Shown here piece after piece: positions 26,098 to 35,909 of a stretch of 64,000 nucleotides of DNA. Under the pieces are notes generated by a model. It saw nothing but the letters and a program-made list of their open reading frames with translations, ran no database searches and was not told where the DNA came from. The DNA comes from an uncultured Acetobacteraceae bacterium (GTDB taxonomy: Bacteria; Pseudomonadota; Alphaproteobacteria; CACIAM-22H2), in NCBI GenBank assembly GCA_964434345.1, contig CAYSUY010000001.1, positions 8,681 through 72,680 of the forward strand, read 5' to 3'. Made by a program: the position numbers and the translations under genes. How positions within the stretch are numbered: position 1 is the first letter of the stretch; every line of letters starts with the position of its first letter.

Positions 26098-28422
26098 ATG
26101 CCCATCGCCGAAGACAAGATCATCGACGCCCTGCGCAAGGACGGCAGCCTCGCCGACATCGCCCGCGCGATCGGCGCGGACGCGGCGGAACTCGCGTCCG
26201 CGCGCGATGCCCTGCTCGCTGAGCGCGCGCGCATCACCGACATGCGCCTGCCTGCGGCGGTACGCGGGCCGGTCGAGATCCTGCGCGACCGCAGCGGCAT
26301 CCCGCATATCTGGGGCGGCGCCACCACGGACGTGTATTTCGGTCTCGGTGTCGCGATGGCGCAGGACCGGCTCTGGCAGATGGATCGCCTGCGGCGCCGC
26401 GCGCTCGGGCGTCAGGCCGAGATCCTCGGGCCGTCCTTCGTCGCGTCCGACAGCGCGCACCTTACCGTCGGCATCGACCTGATCGCCGCGCGCGAACCGG
26501 CCCTGATCGACGGCCGTACCTACGAGGTGCTCGCCGCCTTCGTCGCGGGCATCAATCGCGGCATCGAGGCGATGGGTACGCGACTGCCGATCGAGTTCGC
26601 GCTTCTCGGCTATGCGCCGACGCCGTTCTCGGTGAGCGACGTCGTGGCGATCGCGCGCGGAATCTGGTGGTCGCTCAACGGCCGTATCGACCGATTGCTC
26701 GCTGCCGAATGCGCACGCTTCTTTCCCGAAGGGCTGCGCAGCACCTTCCTGACGCCCGAGGCGTCGGAGAACCTGGTCCTGCCGGATGGCGGTTCGCTCG
26801 CGGCCGGCAGCGACGGCGACACCGGCTCGAACAACTGGGCGATCGCCGGACGGTGCACGGCGAGCGGCAAGCCGATCCTCGCAGGCGATCCGCACCAGCC
26901 CTTCTGGGTGCCGTCGAGCTGGTACGAATACGCCGTTCACGGGCCGGAGGACGACGCGGCCGGCGCCGGGCATCCCGGCTTCCCCGGCATGTGGTGGGGC
27001 TCGAACGGGACCGTCGCCTGGGCGATCACGAACAACATGGCTTCGACGCGCGACCTCTATCGCGAGCATGTCGATCCCTCCGATGCCGGCCGATACCGCG
27101 ACGGCGACGTCTGGCGCCGCTTCGAGACGCGCAGCGTGGAGATCCCGGTGCGCGGCGCGGCGTCCAGGTCGCTCGACATCAGGTCCACGACGCGTGGACC
27201 GGTCGTGAACGCCCTGCTGCCCGCCTTCGAGGAGCGGGGCGATCCACCGCTGTCGCTGCGCTGGGTCGGCCATGAGCATCTCGACGATCTGCGGGCGAGC
27301 ATCGCGGTGTCGCGCGCCAGGGACTGGCGGGGTTTCCGCGACGCGCTGCGGGACTGGTCGGTCGCTGTCTTCAACTTCGTCTACGCCGACGCGGACGGGA
27401 ATGTCGGCTATCAGATGGCCGGGCGGATGCCGGTGCGCGGGCGGATCCATTACGGCTTCCGCGACGCCGCCGAGCCGGCCGATCGCTGGACCGGCTATAT
27501 CCCCTTCGAGGGGATGCCGCACAGCTACAACCCCGGGCGCGGCTATGTCGCCTCGGCCAATCAGCGCATCGTTCCCGCGGACTACCCGCACCCCATCTAC
27601 GGCGCCTATTCGCAAGGCCATCGCGGCATTCGTCTCGATCAGGCGCTGGGCGGCGTCTCGGCTGCGGAGGCGCCGGCCACCGTGGCGCTGCAGAACGACG
27701 TGAAGAGCGTGCGCGCCGAGCGTCTATGCGGCCATATCGTCGGCCTGCTCGCCGGATCGGGCGACGCGGATGCGACCCTGCTGGCCGGAGCGCTGGCGGG
27801 CTGGGATCACCGCCAGACCTGCGACAGCGACGCGCCGACGCTGTTCGAGACCTTCATGTTCCACTGGCAGCGGCGTGTCCTCGCCGAGCATGTGCCCGCG
27901 CGACTGACGGATACCGCGATGCAGCAGACGGGACTATGCACCGTCCTGCTCGAGCGGCCGGAGCAGTCCTATTTCCGCTCCGGAACGATCCGCGCGGTCG
28001 CGGTCGAGGTGGCGCGTCAGGCCGTCGCGACGCTCCGCGAGCGGCTTGGTCCGGATCGCGCGGGATGGCGTTGGGGCAAGATCCATCTTGCCCATTGGCG
28101 CCATCCGCTATCGGCGGAGGCCGTCGCCGACGCCTTCGATGTCGGGCCGGCACCGGTCGATGGCGGCTCGCATACCGTCTGCAACACCGGCGGCGAGTTG
28201 CCGCCGCATGCGGCTTCATCCGGTGCGGAGTACCGGATCGTCGTCGACTTCGCGGCGCCGCAATCGTTCCGCGCGGTCCAGAACATCGGAAATTCGGGTG
28301 TCCCGGGCAGCCCGCATTATCGCGACCAGTTCGACGACTGGTGCCGCGGCGCCTATCACGTCGTCGAACTGCGCCGCGAACGGATCGACCCCGCGAGCAC
28401 GGTGGTCCTGGCGCCGGAGTGA
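26098..28422 (+). CDS. penicillin acylase / acyl-homoserine-lactone acylase family Ntn hydrolase, no signal peptide
   Basis: Start at the ATG at 26098. ILRDRSGIPHIWG (alpha subunit), DRLWQMD, and the G|SNNWAIAG autoprocessing site with the nucleophile Ser. 774 aa. Confidence 0.85.
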   Translation: MPIAEDKIIDALRKDGSLADIARAIGADAAELASARDALLAERARITDMRLPAAVRGPVEILRDRSGIPHIWGGATTDVYFGLGVAMAQDRLWQMDRLRRRALGRQAEILGPSFVASDSAHLTVGIDLIAAREPALIDGRTYEVLAAFVAGINRGIEAMGTRLPIEFALLGYAPTPFSVSDVVAIARGIWWSLNGRIDRLLAAECARFFPEGLRSTFLTPEASENLVLPDGGSLAAGSDGDTGSNNWAIAGRCTASGKPILAGDPHQPFWVPSSWYEYAVHGPEDDAAGAGHPGFPGMWWGSNGTVAWAITNNMASTRDLYREHVDPSDAGRYRDGDVWRRFETRSVEIPVRGAASRSLDIRSTTRGPVVNALLPAFEERGDPPLSLRWVGHEHLDDLRASIAVSRARDWRGFRDALRDWSVAVFNFVYADADGNVGYQMAGRMPVRGRIHYGFRDAAEPADRWTGYIPFEGMPHSYNPGRGYVASANQRIVPADYPHPIYGAYSQGHRGIRLDQALGGVSAAEAPATVALQNDVKSVRAERLCGHIVGLLAGSGDADATLLAGALAGWDHRQTCDSDAPTLFETFMFHWQRRVLAEHVPARLTDTAMQQTGLCTVLLERPEQSYFRSGTIRAVAVEVARQAVATLRERLGPDRAGWRWGKIHLAHWRHPLSAEAVADAFDVGPAPVDGGSHTVCNTGGELPPHAASSGAEYRIVVDFAAPQSFRAVQNIGNSGVPGSPHYRDQFDDWCRGAYHVVELRRERIDPASTVVLAPE

Positions 28423-28429
28423 CCTCGTC

Positions 28430-28996
28430 TCAGAACAGGTGGACCGCGTGAGGGGCAAGGAGGCCGATCGCCGTGAAGGCGGCGCCGACGCCTCCGAGCC
28501 CCAGCGCCACCGCCGCGAGCAGGGAGATCCCGGTGATGATCATGGCCGAGGCCATGACGATCGCGATCTGGAACAGCGCCGACGCGACCTCGTAGTGATG
28601 ATGGGCGGCGGCCGCCGTGTCGCGCTTTTCCTCCGCCTTTTTCGCGCGCGCGGCCAGTTCCCTGCGACCTTCCTGGGTTTCCGGCTCGCTGTCATGGCGG
28701 TTCGCCGTGGCGCGCCAGGTCGCGATGCGGGCCGCCGCAGCGGCACGGATCTCCGCATCGGCGATTGCGGGCGCGGTCGTCTCGAGGTCCTCGGCGGCCG
28801 TACGCAGTGTCGTCATCCGGATCGTTTTCGCCTGGAAGAAGGCCCAGAGATTGGACGCCTCGATGTTCTGCTGGATCGTGATCGTCTGGGCGGCCTTTCC
28901 CAGCGTCTCCGAGATCGCCAGCAGAAGCGCAAGCACCGAGATCAGAAGCGCGATCTTCTTGTTGCTGACGTCATGATGCCCGTGCCCGCCGCTCAT
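28430..28996 (-). CDS. DUF4337-like membrane protein
   Basis: 188 aa. His-rich N-terminus MSGGHGHHD, then a TM segment, NIEASNLWAFFQAKTIR, a coiled region and a C-terminal TM. This matches my memory of the DUF4337 family. Confidence 0.6.
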   Translation of the reverse strand: MSGGHGHHDVSNKKIALLISVLALLLAISETLGKAAQTITIQQNIEASNLWAFFQAKTIRMTTLRTAAEDLETTAPAIADAEIRAAAAARIATWRATANRHDSEPETQEGRRELAARAKKAEEKRDTAAAAHHHYEVASALFQIAIVMASAMIITGISLLAAVALGLGGVGAAFTAIGLLAPHAVHLF

Positions 28997-29135
28997 GGGT
29001 CACTCTCCCCTGCGAATCGACTTGTCATGATCGGTGGGCTTACCGGTTTGGCGGACGCCGCGGCAAGAGGGGCTCGGGCCCCGATCGGGTCTCCAGGCTC
29101 GCGACACGACGGGATTTTATGATAAACCCCGGGAC

Positions 29136-29834
29136 ATGGACCCCATGAGAGCCCCAGCGCCGGACCTCAGCCCGACCGAGATCGCGTCGGCCGCGGGTCA
29201 TGCCCTGAACAACGTTCTCGCCTACCTTTACGCGGCGTCGAGCTATCTCGACGACGGCGATGTCGATGCGGCACGTGCGCGCACCGCCATCGAGGACGCG
29301 TGTCACGGCGCGCGTTCCCTGTCCGCTGCGCTGTCGCTGCTCGGGATGACGCGGGACAATGTCGCCGACGTGCCTGCCTTCGGCCATGTCATCGATGCGA
29401 CGACCCTCGACCGGGCACTCGAGGCGATCGGAGAGACGCTCGCTGTCGCTGGCGGTGCCCCCGATTTCGAGCGGGGTGCGTACGCGACGACGCTCGATCG
29501 TGACACGATCGGCGCCGTTCTTCTCTGCGGGGCGACGGCGTTGCGGCGGTCCGCAGGCGTGTCGTGTGTCCTGCGGCTTGGCCTGACGACGGTGCCTGCG
29601 GCGGAACCGGGCGCGTCGCGCCTTGCGATACGGCTCTGGGCGACGCTGCCCTCGGGGGAGGCGCCGCCGCGGCGGACGAGCCACGGCCCCTGCGAACTGG
29701 CGCTGTCCCATGTCGCGCCGATCCTGCCCACGCTCGATGCGGCGCTCGTCCAGGACGGTGATGGCGCGATCGAACTGACGATCGACCTGCGTATCCAGGC
29801 CGACATGTCCGAAACGGCCGGAGCGCCGCGATGA
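29136..29834 (+). CDS. soluble histidine-kinase-like protein with H-box but degenerate ATPase motifs
   Basis: AGHALNNVLAYL resembles the H-boxes of the neighbouring kinases (AHDFNNLLG, AHEFNNILG). The C-terminal half has the layout of a CA domain, but the N, G1 and G2 boxes are not recognisable. The stop overlaps the response-regulator start (ATGA). The start codon is uncertain (29136 or 29145). Confidence 0.5.
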   Translation: MDPMRAPAPDLSPTEIASAAGHALNNVLAYLYAASSYLDDGDVDAARARTAIEDACHGARSLSAALSLLGMTRDNVADVPAFGHVIDATTLDRALEAIGETLAVAGGAPDFERGAYATTLDRDTIGAVLLCGATALRRSAGVSCVLRLGLTTVPAAEPGASRLAIRLWATLPSGEAPPRRTSHGPCELALSHVAPILPTLDAALVQDGDGAIELTIDLRIQADMSETAGAPR

Positions 29835-30559
29835 GCGGTGCCGATTCGCCCGCCGTACTGGTCGTGGAAGACGACCCGACGATCCAGGCGATGATCGCGC
29901 GGTGTCTGAAGCTCTACGGGTATCGCGTACGGACTGCGCTACGACGGGACGAGATCTTCGGCGCGGTGGACAGCCGCAGCTGCGCGGCGATCGTCCTCGA
30001 CCTTGGGCTGCCTGGCGACGACGGCGTCGAGATCGCGCGCGCCTTGAGGCTGCGCAGCGAGATTCCCATCCTGATGCTGACGGGCCGCGCCGGTATCCAC
30101 GAACGTGTCGTTGGGTTGGAGGCCGGCGCCGACGACTACATCGTCAAGCCCTTCGCCGACGAGGAACTCGTCGCAAGGCTCCGCGCCGTTCTGCGCCGCG
30201 CGCCGCGCGTCGCGTCACGCGTGGCCACGCCGCAAACGCTTCGCGTCGGCCAGTCGGTGATCGCCTTCGAGACGCGCGAGATCGTCGGTCCCGCCGGACG
30301 CCAGCGTCTGACCGAACAGGAGCTCACCCTTTTGCGCGCCCTGGCCGACTGCGATGGCGTGCTGGGCCGGGCGGCGGCCTATCGCTTCGTGTTCCAGCGC
30401 GACTGGGAACCGAGCGACCGCGCGCTCGATGTGCATGTCGCCAATCTGCGCCGCAAGTTCAAGCTGGCGGGCGCGGACCCGGAGGCGATCGCGACCTTGC
30501 GTGGACAGGGCTACCGATTGCGCGGCGCGGTCGCGCTTCCCCCCGACGCCGGGACCTGA
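29831..30559 (+). CDS. OmpR-family response regulator (REC + winged helix)
   Basis: VLVVEDDP, IVLDLGLPGDDG, MLTGR, YIVKPF. C-terminal LTEQELTLLRAL...DVHVANLRRK...RGQGYRL. Confidence 0.9.
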   Translation: MSGADSPAVLVVEDDPTIQAMIARCLKLYGYRVRTALRRDEIFGAVDSRSCAAIVLDLGLPGDDGVEIARALRLRSEIPILMLTGRAGIHERVVGLEAGADDYIVKPFADEELVARLRAVLRRAPRVASRVATPQTLRVGQSVIAFETREIVGPAGRQRLTEQELTLLRALADCDGVLGRAAAYRFVFQRDWEPSDRALDVHVANLRRKFKLAGADPEAIATLRGQGYRLRGAVALPPDAGT

Positions 30560-30681
30560 CGCCCGCATCGCTTCACCAAACTTAACGGGTCTATCCGGCG
30601 GGCATGACGTAGATGGAATTGGCGCCGATGCCCTGTACGGGTGGCGTGCGACATGTCCAATGCGTGGGAAGGACGACGCAC

Positions 30682-33309
30682 ATGATCCCCTGGGTGATGC
30701 GGCCGGTCTCGATGTCGATCAAGGCGTTGCGTCTCGTGGCGTCGGCGATCGTGCTGGCTGGTCTCGCGCTTGTCTGGGGCACCGTCATCGTGTCCCAGCA
30801 CATGAGCTACGAGGACAGCGTCCGCGCGAGCGAGACGGAGACCCGTCTCCTGGCCGCGACCTTCGCCGAGCACGCGGAGGCGACGATACGGCTGATCGAC
30901 ACCGCGTCGATCATGCTGGCGCAGGCCTGGACCACGGATCGCGCCGGCTTCGACGCGACGGTCGCGAACTGGAACACCAATCTCGCGCATCTCGCCTTGC
31001 AGGTGGCGGTCGCCGATCGCGACGCGGTCGTGGCCTACAGCAATCTCGGCACGCCGACGTCGGTCGTGAACCTCTCCGATCGCGAGCACATCCGCGTGCA
31101 TCTCGACCGCAAGCACGACGGCATCTTCGTCTCCCGGCCTCTGATCGGGCGCGTGTCGCGCAAATGGTCGATCCAGTTCACGCGGGTGATCGAGCGCGGG
31201 GGCGAGATCGACGGGGTCCTGGTGATCTCTCTCGACCCGGAGTATTTCCTCAATTTCTACAAGAGCCTTCCGCTGCAGGACGCGGCGATGGTGTCGATGG
31301 TGCGCCACACCGGCGAGCTTATGGTCCAGGCACCGGGAAACCGCGATCTCGGGACGATCGCGTCGGGCGTTCCCTTCCTGGCGGCCGAGGCGCCGCTCTA
31401 TGGAAACTATCTCTCGGCCCTGGGGCCGGATGGCGTCGAGCGCGTCAACGCCTATCACCGGCTGCCCCAATATGGCCTGACGCTCACGGCCGGCGTGGCG
31501 CTTGCGGAGGCTCTGGCGCCATTTCACGAGCAGCGCAGGATGCGTTTCCTGACGGCGCTCACGGTCAGCCTGACCCTGATCGCGATGGCGCTCCTCGCCT
31601 TGCGCGAGGTCGAGGCCGGGCGTCGGCGTGCCCAGCGCCTCAGCGCCGAGAACGAAGGGCTGGAGACACGGGTCGCCGAACGCACGGCCGAACTCTTCCT
31701 CAGCCTCGAGAAGATCGAAAAGCTGAACATCTTCATGGAACGGCTGCTGCATTCGAGCCCGGCGGTCCTCTACACGCTGTCCTATCCGAAACTCAACCTG
31801 ACATTCATCAGCAGCAATGTCGGCGAGAAGCTGGGCTGGTCGCCCACGGACTTCCTCGGCGATCGCGGCCTGTGGAACCGCTGCATCCACCCCGAGGACC
31901 AGGAGCGCGCGGCGATCGATCTCGAGCGGCTCGCGCGGACGGGCACGCACAGCATGCGTCTGCGCTTTCGGGCGAAGGACGGCAAGTATCTCTGGATGAA
32001 CCACGAGTTGAGCCTGGTGCGCGACGGCCATGGTGGCGCGGTGGAGATAACCGGTGCCTTCTGGGACGTCAGCGCCCATGTCGTGCTCGAACAACAGCTG
32101 CACGAGCGCCAGAAGCTCGAGGCGATCGGCCAGCTGACCGGCGGCCTTGCGCACGACTTCAACAATCTGCTGGGGATCGTGGTCGGCAATCTCGACCTGA
32201 TCGGCGAGGGGCTCGATCAGGAACATCCGCTCCACAAGCCCTACCAGGCGGCGCTCGACGCGACCATGCGCGGCGTGGAGATCACGCGTCTGCTGCTTGC
32301 GGTCGCGCGGCGGCAGCCGCTCGAGGTCGCGCGCTACGACCTCAACCAGCTCGTCGAGCAGATGATGCCGCTGGTCCGGTCATCGGTCGGGTCCGCGATC
32401 ACGGTGCGGGTGCAGTTCGCCGCCGGGCCGCTGGTCGCCGCACTCGACGCGGCAAGCCTGAGCAACGTCGTCCTCAACCTCGTGATCAACGCGCGCGACG
32501 CGATGCGCGATCGGCCTGGGCCGAAGATCCTGACGCTGCGCACACGTGCGAAGTCCATAGAGGCGGGAAGCGATCCCGACCTCAAGGAAGGACGCTATGC
32601 GGTGCTGGAGGTCGGCGACACGGGGACCGGCATGAGCCCGGCCGTGCGGGCCCAGGCCTTCGAGCCGTTCTTCACGACCAAGGAACGCGGCAAGGGCACC
32701 GGTCTCGGCCTGTCGATGGCGCATGGATATGCGACCCAACTGGGCGGCACGATCCGGATCGAGAGCACCGAGGGTGTCGGGACCACGATGCGCGTCTTCC
32801 TGCCGATGCTCGCCGACCCGGCGGCCGTGCTCGGATCGGCTGCCGACGCGGAGCCTCAGCCCGTCGCTCTCGCCGCGCCAGCAGTGGCGGCTCCGGCCAG
32901 TATCCCCGCACCCGCTGCGGGGCGCGCGGACGACAGGCCGGTTGCGCCGGCGCCGCGCAAGCGGGTCCTGGTCGTCGACGATGAACCCGGCCTCTGCACC
33001 TTGGCGTGCGACTGGATCAGCGCCCTCGGCTACGACGTGGCCGGCGCGCAGTCTCCGCAGGACGCGCTGGCACGCCTGGACGACGAACGCTTCGACCTGC
33101 TGTTCACGGATGTCGTGATGCCCGGCGACATGGACGGGCTTGCGTTGGCGGCAGAGGCAAAGTCGCGACGGCCAGATCTGCGTGTGCTGCTGGCCTCGGG
33201 CTATGCGCGCGTGCTGCTCGAGAACCGCAGCCTGCCAGGACCGCTGTTGAGCAAGCCCTATCGGAAGAAGGAAGTGGCCCAGGCTGTCGAGGCCGCCCTG
33301 CGGACCTGA
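30682..33309 (+). CDS. hybrid sensor histidine kinase (TM - Cache-like periplasmic domain - TM - PAS - HisKA - HATPase - REC)
   Basis: Start at the ATG at 30682 (SD GGAAGGA upstream; ORF opens at 30613). H-box GGLAHDFNNLLG, NLVINARDAM, DTGTGM, GTGLGLS. Receiver: VLVVDDE..FTDVVMPG..SKP. Confidence 0.85.
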   Translation: MIPWVMRPVSMSIKALRLVASAIVLAGLALVWGTVIVSQHMSYEDSVRASETETRLLAATFAEHAEATIRLIDTASIMLAQAWTTDRAGFDATVANWNTNLAHLALQVAVADRDAVVAYSNLGTPTSVVNLSDREHIRVHLDRKHDGIFVSRPLIGRVSRKWSIQFTRVIERGGEIDGVLVISLDPEYFLNFYKSLPLQDAAMVSMVRHTGELMVQAPGNRDLGTIASGVPFLAAEAPLYGNYLSALGPDGVERVNAYHRLPQYGLTLTAGVALAEALAPFHEQRRMRFLTALTVSLTLIAMALLALREVEAGRRRAQRLSAENEGLETRVAERTAELFLSLEKIEKLNIFMERLLHSSPAVLYTLSYPKLNLTFISSNVGEKLGWSPTDFLGDRGLWNRCIHPEDQERAAIDLERLARTGTHSMRLRFRAKDGKYLWMNHELSLVRDGHGGAVEITGAFWDVSAHVVLEQQLHERQKLEAIGQLTGGLAHDFNNLLGIVVGNLDLIGEGLDQEHPLHKPYQAALDATMRGVEITRLLLAVARRQPLEVARYDLNQLVEQMMPLVRSSVGSAITVRVQFAAGPLVAALDAASLSNVVLNLVINARDAMRDRPGPKILTLRTRAKSIEAGSDPDLKEGRYAVLEVGDTGTGMSPAVRAQAFEPFFTTKERGKGTGLGLSMAHGYATQLGGTIRIESTEGVGTTMRVFLPMLADPAAVLGSAADAEPQPVALAAPAVAAPASIPAPAAGRADDRPVAPAPRKRVLVVDDEPGLCTLACDWISALGYDVAGAQSPQDALARLDDERFDLLFTDVVMPGDMDGLALAAEAKSRRPDLRVLLASGYARVLLENRSLPGPLLSKPYRKKEVAQAVEAALRT

Positions 33310-33355
33310 CAGCGCGTCATGGCGCCGCCGCCGCCGCGACGCCGGGAGATGCGCT

Positions 33356-35893
33356 TCAGGCTCGGCTGGTCGCGGGCTGCGCCAGCGGCAGGCGGATCGT
33401 CACGCTGCTCCCCTGTCCCGGTGTGCTCCGGATGTCGACGCTGCCGTTGTGGCGCACCGCGAAGCTGAACACGGTGGTGAGGCCGAGGCCGACGCGATAG
33501 GGCGCGCGCGTGGTGAAGAACGGGTCGAAGGCGCGCTGCTGCACTTCGGGCGACATGCCCGGGCCGTCGTCGCTGACCTCGATCGCGACCGAACCGGCGC
33601 CCTTGCCGACGGCGGCCGGCTCCTCGAAACAGCGGATCACGATCGTTCCCTGTCCAGGATGTGCGTCGGCCGCGTTGTGGAGCAGCGCGATCAGCGCACC
33701 ACGCAGGCCGTCGGCGCCGACGGTCGCGCGCAGGGTCCGCCCCGACGGCTCGCGCCGCAGCGTCATGCGCTTGGGCAGGGCATTGGCGAGGACAGGCCAG
33801 ATGTCGGCGAGCAGGTCGTCGATGGACAAGGCCTCGCCCATGGGAGCGCCTTCGCGCTGCGCGGAGGCCAGCATCGCGCGCGAGATGTCGGCGCCGCGTT
33901 CAGCCGCCGACTGCGCGTCGCGCAGCCGCTTCGCGAGGAGATCGGGTTGCGTGATCTCCTCGATGGCCGAGTCGATGTTGCCGAGAACGATACCGAGGAT
34001 GTTGTTGAATTCGTGCGCGATCCCGGCGGTGATCGAGAAGATGGCCGCCGCCTTTTCACGCTCGAGCCGGTCTCGTTCGAGCCGCAGATGGTCGCGCATG
34101 TCGTCGAGCTTGATCCAGAGGCGGCGACCTTCCGCCCCCGAGACGACGCGACCATAGAGCCGGGCGGGCAGCGCGATGCCGCCACGGCCGCGGAGCACGA
34201 TCTCGATCGGCCCGAGGCTGCCCGCCGCAACCCCGCGTTTCAGCTCCGCAGCGAGTGCCGGATGCCAATCGGCCGCGAGGAGCGTCGAGATGTCGGCGCC
34301 GATGGCGCCGTCGCGGTCGAGACCGAGTGCAAGCGCCAGTTCGGGGCCGACATCCGTCAGCTTGCCGTCGGTGTCGCACATGAGGAAGCCGAGCGACGCG
34401 GACAAGGGACCGCCGCTCAGAAGCGCGCGCAGTTCGAGTGCCCTCCGGCGCATGTCCAGCTGCGCGGTGACGCGGCTGAGGACGCGCGCCGCGTTGAGCG
34501 GTTTCTCGATGAAGTCGACGGCGCCCGCGGTCAGGGCGCGCGCTTCGGTCGCGATGTCCTGGTCGGCAGAGACCAGGATCACCGGGATCTCGGCGGTGAC
34601 GATCTCGGCCTTGAGCGCCTTGCACAACGAGATCCCCGACAGATCGCCCATGTTGATGTCGGCGACCACGAGGTCGGGTGTCGTCTGCCGGGCAAGCTCC
34701 AGGGCCTGCTCCCCCGACAGGGCGAAACGCAGACGCCCGACCGGAGCCAGGATGCGGGCCATGATCCGAATCGCCCCGGGATGGTCGTCGACGATCAGGA
34801 CCGCGGGTTCGGTCGCATGGCGTACCGGTCCGCTCCGGTCATCCTGCGGCGCGAGCAGCGCGCGGGCGCCACCGAAGTCGAGAGCGTCGAGGCGCTGACG
34901 GAACAGCGTCTCGATCTCGTCCGCATACGTCCGCGGCAGGAGTCGCGCGGCCGCCTGGGTCAGCAGCGGTGCCGAAGGATCCCAATCCGCCATGGCGGCG
35001 ACCAGCCGGGCGAACCCGTCGGCATCGAGATCCTTGCCCACGGCCGGCTCGTCTGCCCCGAGTGCCGCGAGCGCGTCGTCGATCCGGTCGCCGGCGCGGC
35101 GCATCACGGCGGAGAGCGTCACGGCCAGACGTTCGGCTGGCTTGCCGCCATCGACGTCGTCCTCCAGGGCGGCGACGTCGCGGGCGACGGCATCAAGACC
35201 GAGATTCAGGGCCTCTCCGCGGATCCGGTGGAGCCGCCCGGCGGCAAGCGTACGCTCCCCCGACTTGAATGCGTCTGCGATGTCGCGTGTCGCCGTTCCC
35301 AGGCCATCGCGCATGCCGCGGAGCAGCGATCGCAGCAACGCGTCGTCGCCGCCGCAGCGCATCGATGCGGCGTCGCGGTCGAAGCCCTGCGTGCTCGCGG
35401 GCGCGGCAGTTCCAGGGACGGGAAGCGGCGCCACGACCCGGGCATCGTCGGATGCGACCAGCAGTTCCTTGATGCAGTCGAGGACCTCGGCGGCCCGGTA
35501 GGGTTTGCGCAACAGCCGCGGGTGGGATCCGAGCGCGACGCAGCGCGCCGTGATCTCGGGAGTGACCGTCGCCGACATCGCGACGATGGCGGGCTTGCGG
35601 CCCTGGCGCATCTCGCGGATCTGTTCGATCGCCGCGAAGCCGTCGATGCCCTCCATCACGAGATCCATCAGCACGACATCGAAATCCGCGCCTGCCCGGC
35701 GCGTCGCGGCAATGGCCGCCGCGCCGCTGGTCACCGTCTCGACCCGTGCGCCCTGTCGTTCCAGCATCAGGCGAAGGATCACGCAGGCCGTCTCGGAATC
35801 GTCCACGACCAGGATCCGGCGGCCCGCGAGGGGCGAATCCTGGCCGCGCGGGGATGCGCCGGCGGCTGGCTTGTCCTGGGGTGGACGATTCAT
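33356..35893 (-). CDS. multidomain phosphorelay protein REC - HPt - REC - PAS-like - HisKA - HATPase
   Basis: Start at MNRPPQ (35893). REC1: ILVVDDSE..VLMDLVMEG..RKP. HPt: GGDDALLRSLL...AAGRLHRIRGEALNLG. REC2: VLIVDDHP..VVADINMGD..EKP. H-box AGIAHEFNNILG, HNAADAH, DDGPGM, GLGLTTV. Confidence 0.85.
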   Translation of the reverse strand: MNRPPQDKPAAGASPRGQDSPLAGRRILVVDDSETACVILRLMLERQGARVETVTSGAAAIAATRRAGADFDVVLMDLVMEGIDGFAAIEQIREMRQGRKPAIVAMSATVTPEITARCVALGSHPRLLRKPYRAAEVLDCIKELLVASDDARVVAPLPVPGTAAPASTQGFDRDAASMRCGGDDALLRSLLRGMRDGLGTATRDIADAFKSGERTLAAGRLHRIRGEALNLGLDAVARDVAALEDDVDGGKPAERLAVTLSAVMRRAGDRIDDALAALGADEPAVGKDLDADGFARLVAAMADWDPSAPLLTQAAARLLPRTYADEIETLFRQRLDALDFGGARALLAPQDDRSGPVRHATEPAVLIVDDHPGAIRIMARILAPVGRLRFALSGEQALELARQTTPDLVVADINMGDLSGISLCKALKAEIVTAEIPVILVSADQDIATEARALTAGAVDFIEKPLNAARVLSRVTAQLDMRRRALELRALLSGGPLSASLGFLMCDTDGKLTDVGPELALALGLDRDGAIGADISTLLAADWHPALAAELKRGVAAGSLGPIEIVLRGRGGIALPARLYGRVVSGAEGRRLWIKLDDMRDHLRLERDRLEREKAAAIFSITAGIAHEFNNILGIVLGNIDSAIEEITQPDLLAKRLRDAQSAAERGADISRAMLASAQREGAPMGEALSIDDLLADIWPVLANALPKRMTLRREPSGRTLRATVGADGLRGALIALLHNAADAHPGQGTIVIRCFEEPAAVGKGAGSVAIEVSDDGPGMSPEVQQRAFDPFFTTRAPYRVGLGLTTVFSFAVRHNGSVDIRSTPGQGSSVTIRLPLAQPATSRA

Positions 35894-35909
35894 CGAGGTC
35901 TGAAGCACA

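Noticed and set aside
29034-29135. GTG-initiated N-terminal extension of the kinase-like ORF, and similar extensions of other track ORFs (44417-44662, 37554-37688, 4534-4737, 25049-25417)
   Set aside because: The extensions are Arg/Pro/Gly-rich, overlap neighbouring genes or promoters, and precede internal ATGs with SD sequences or signal peptides that match family expectations.
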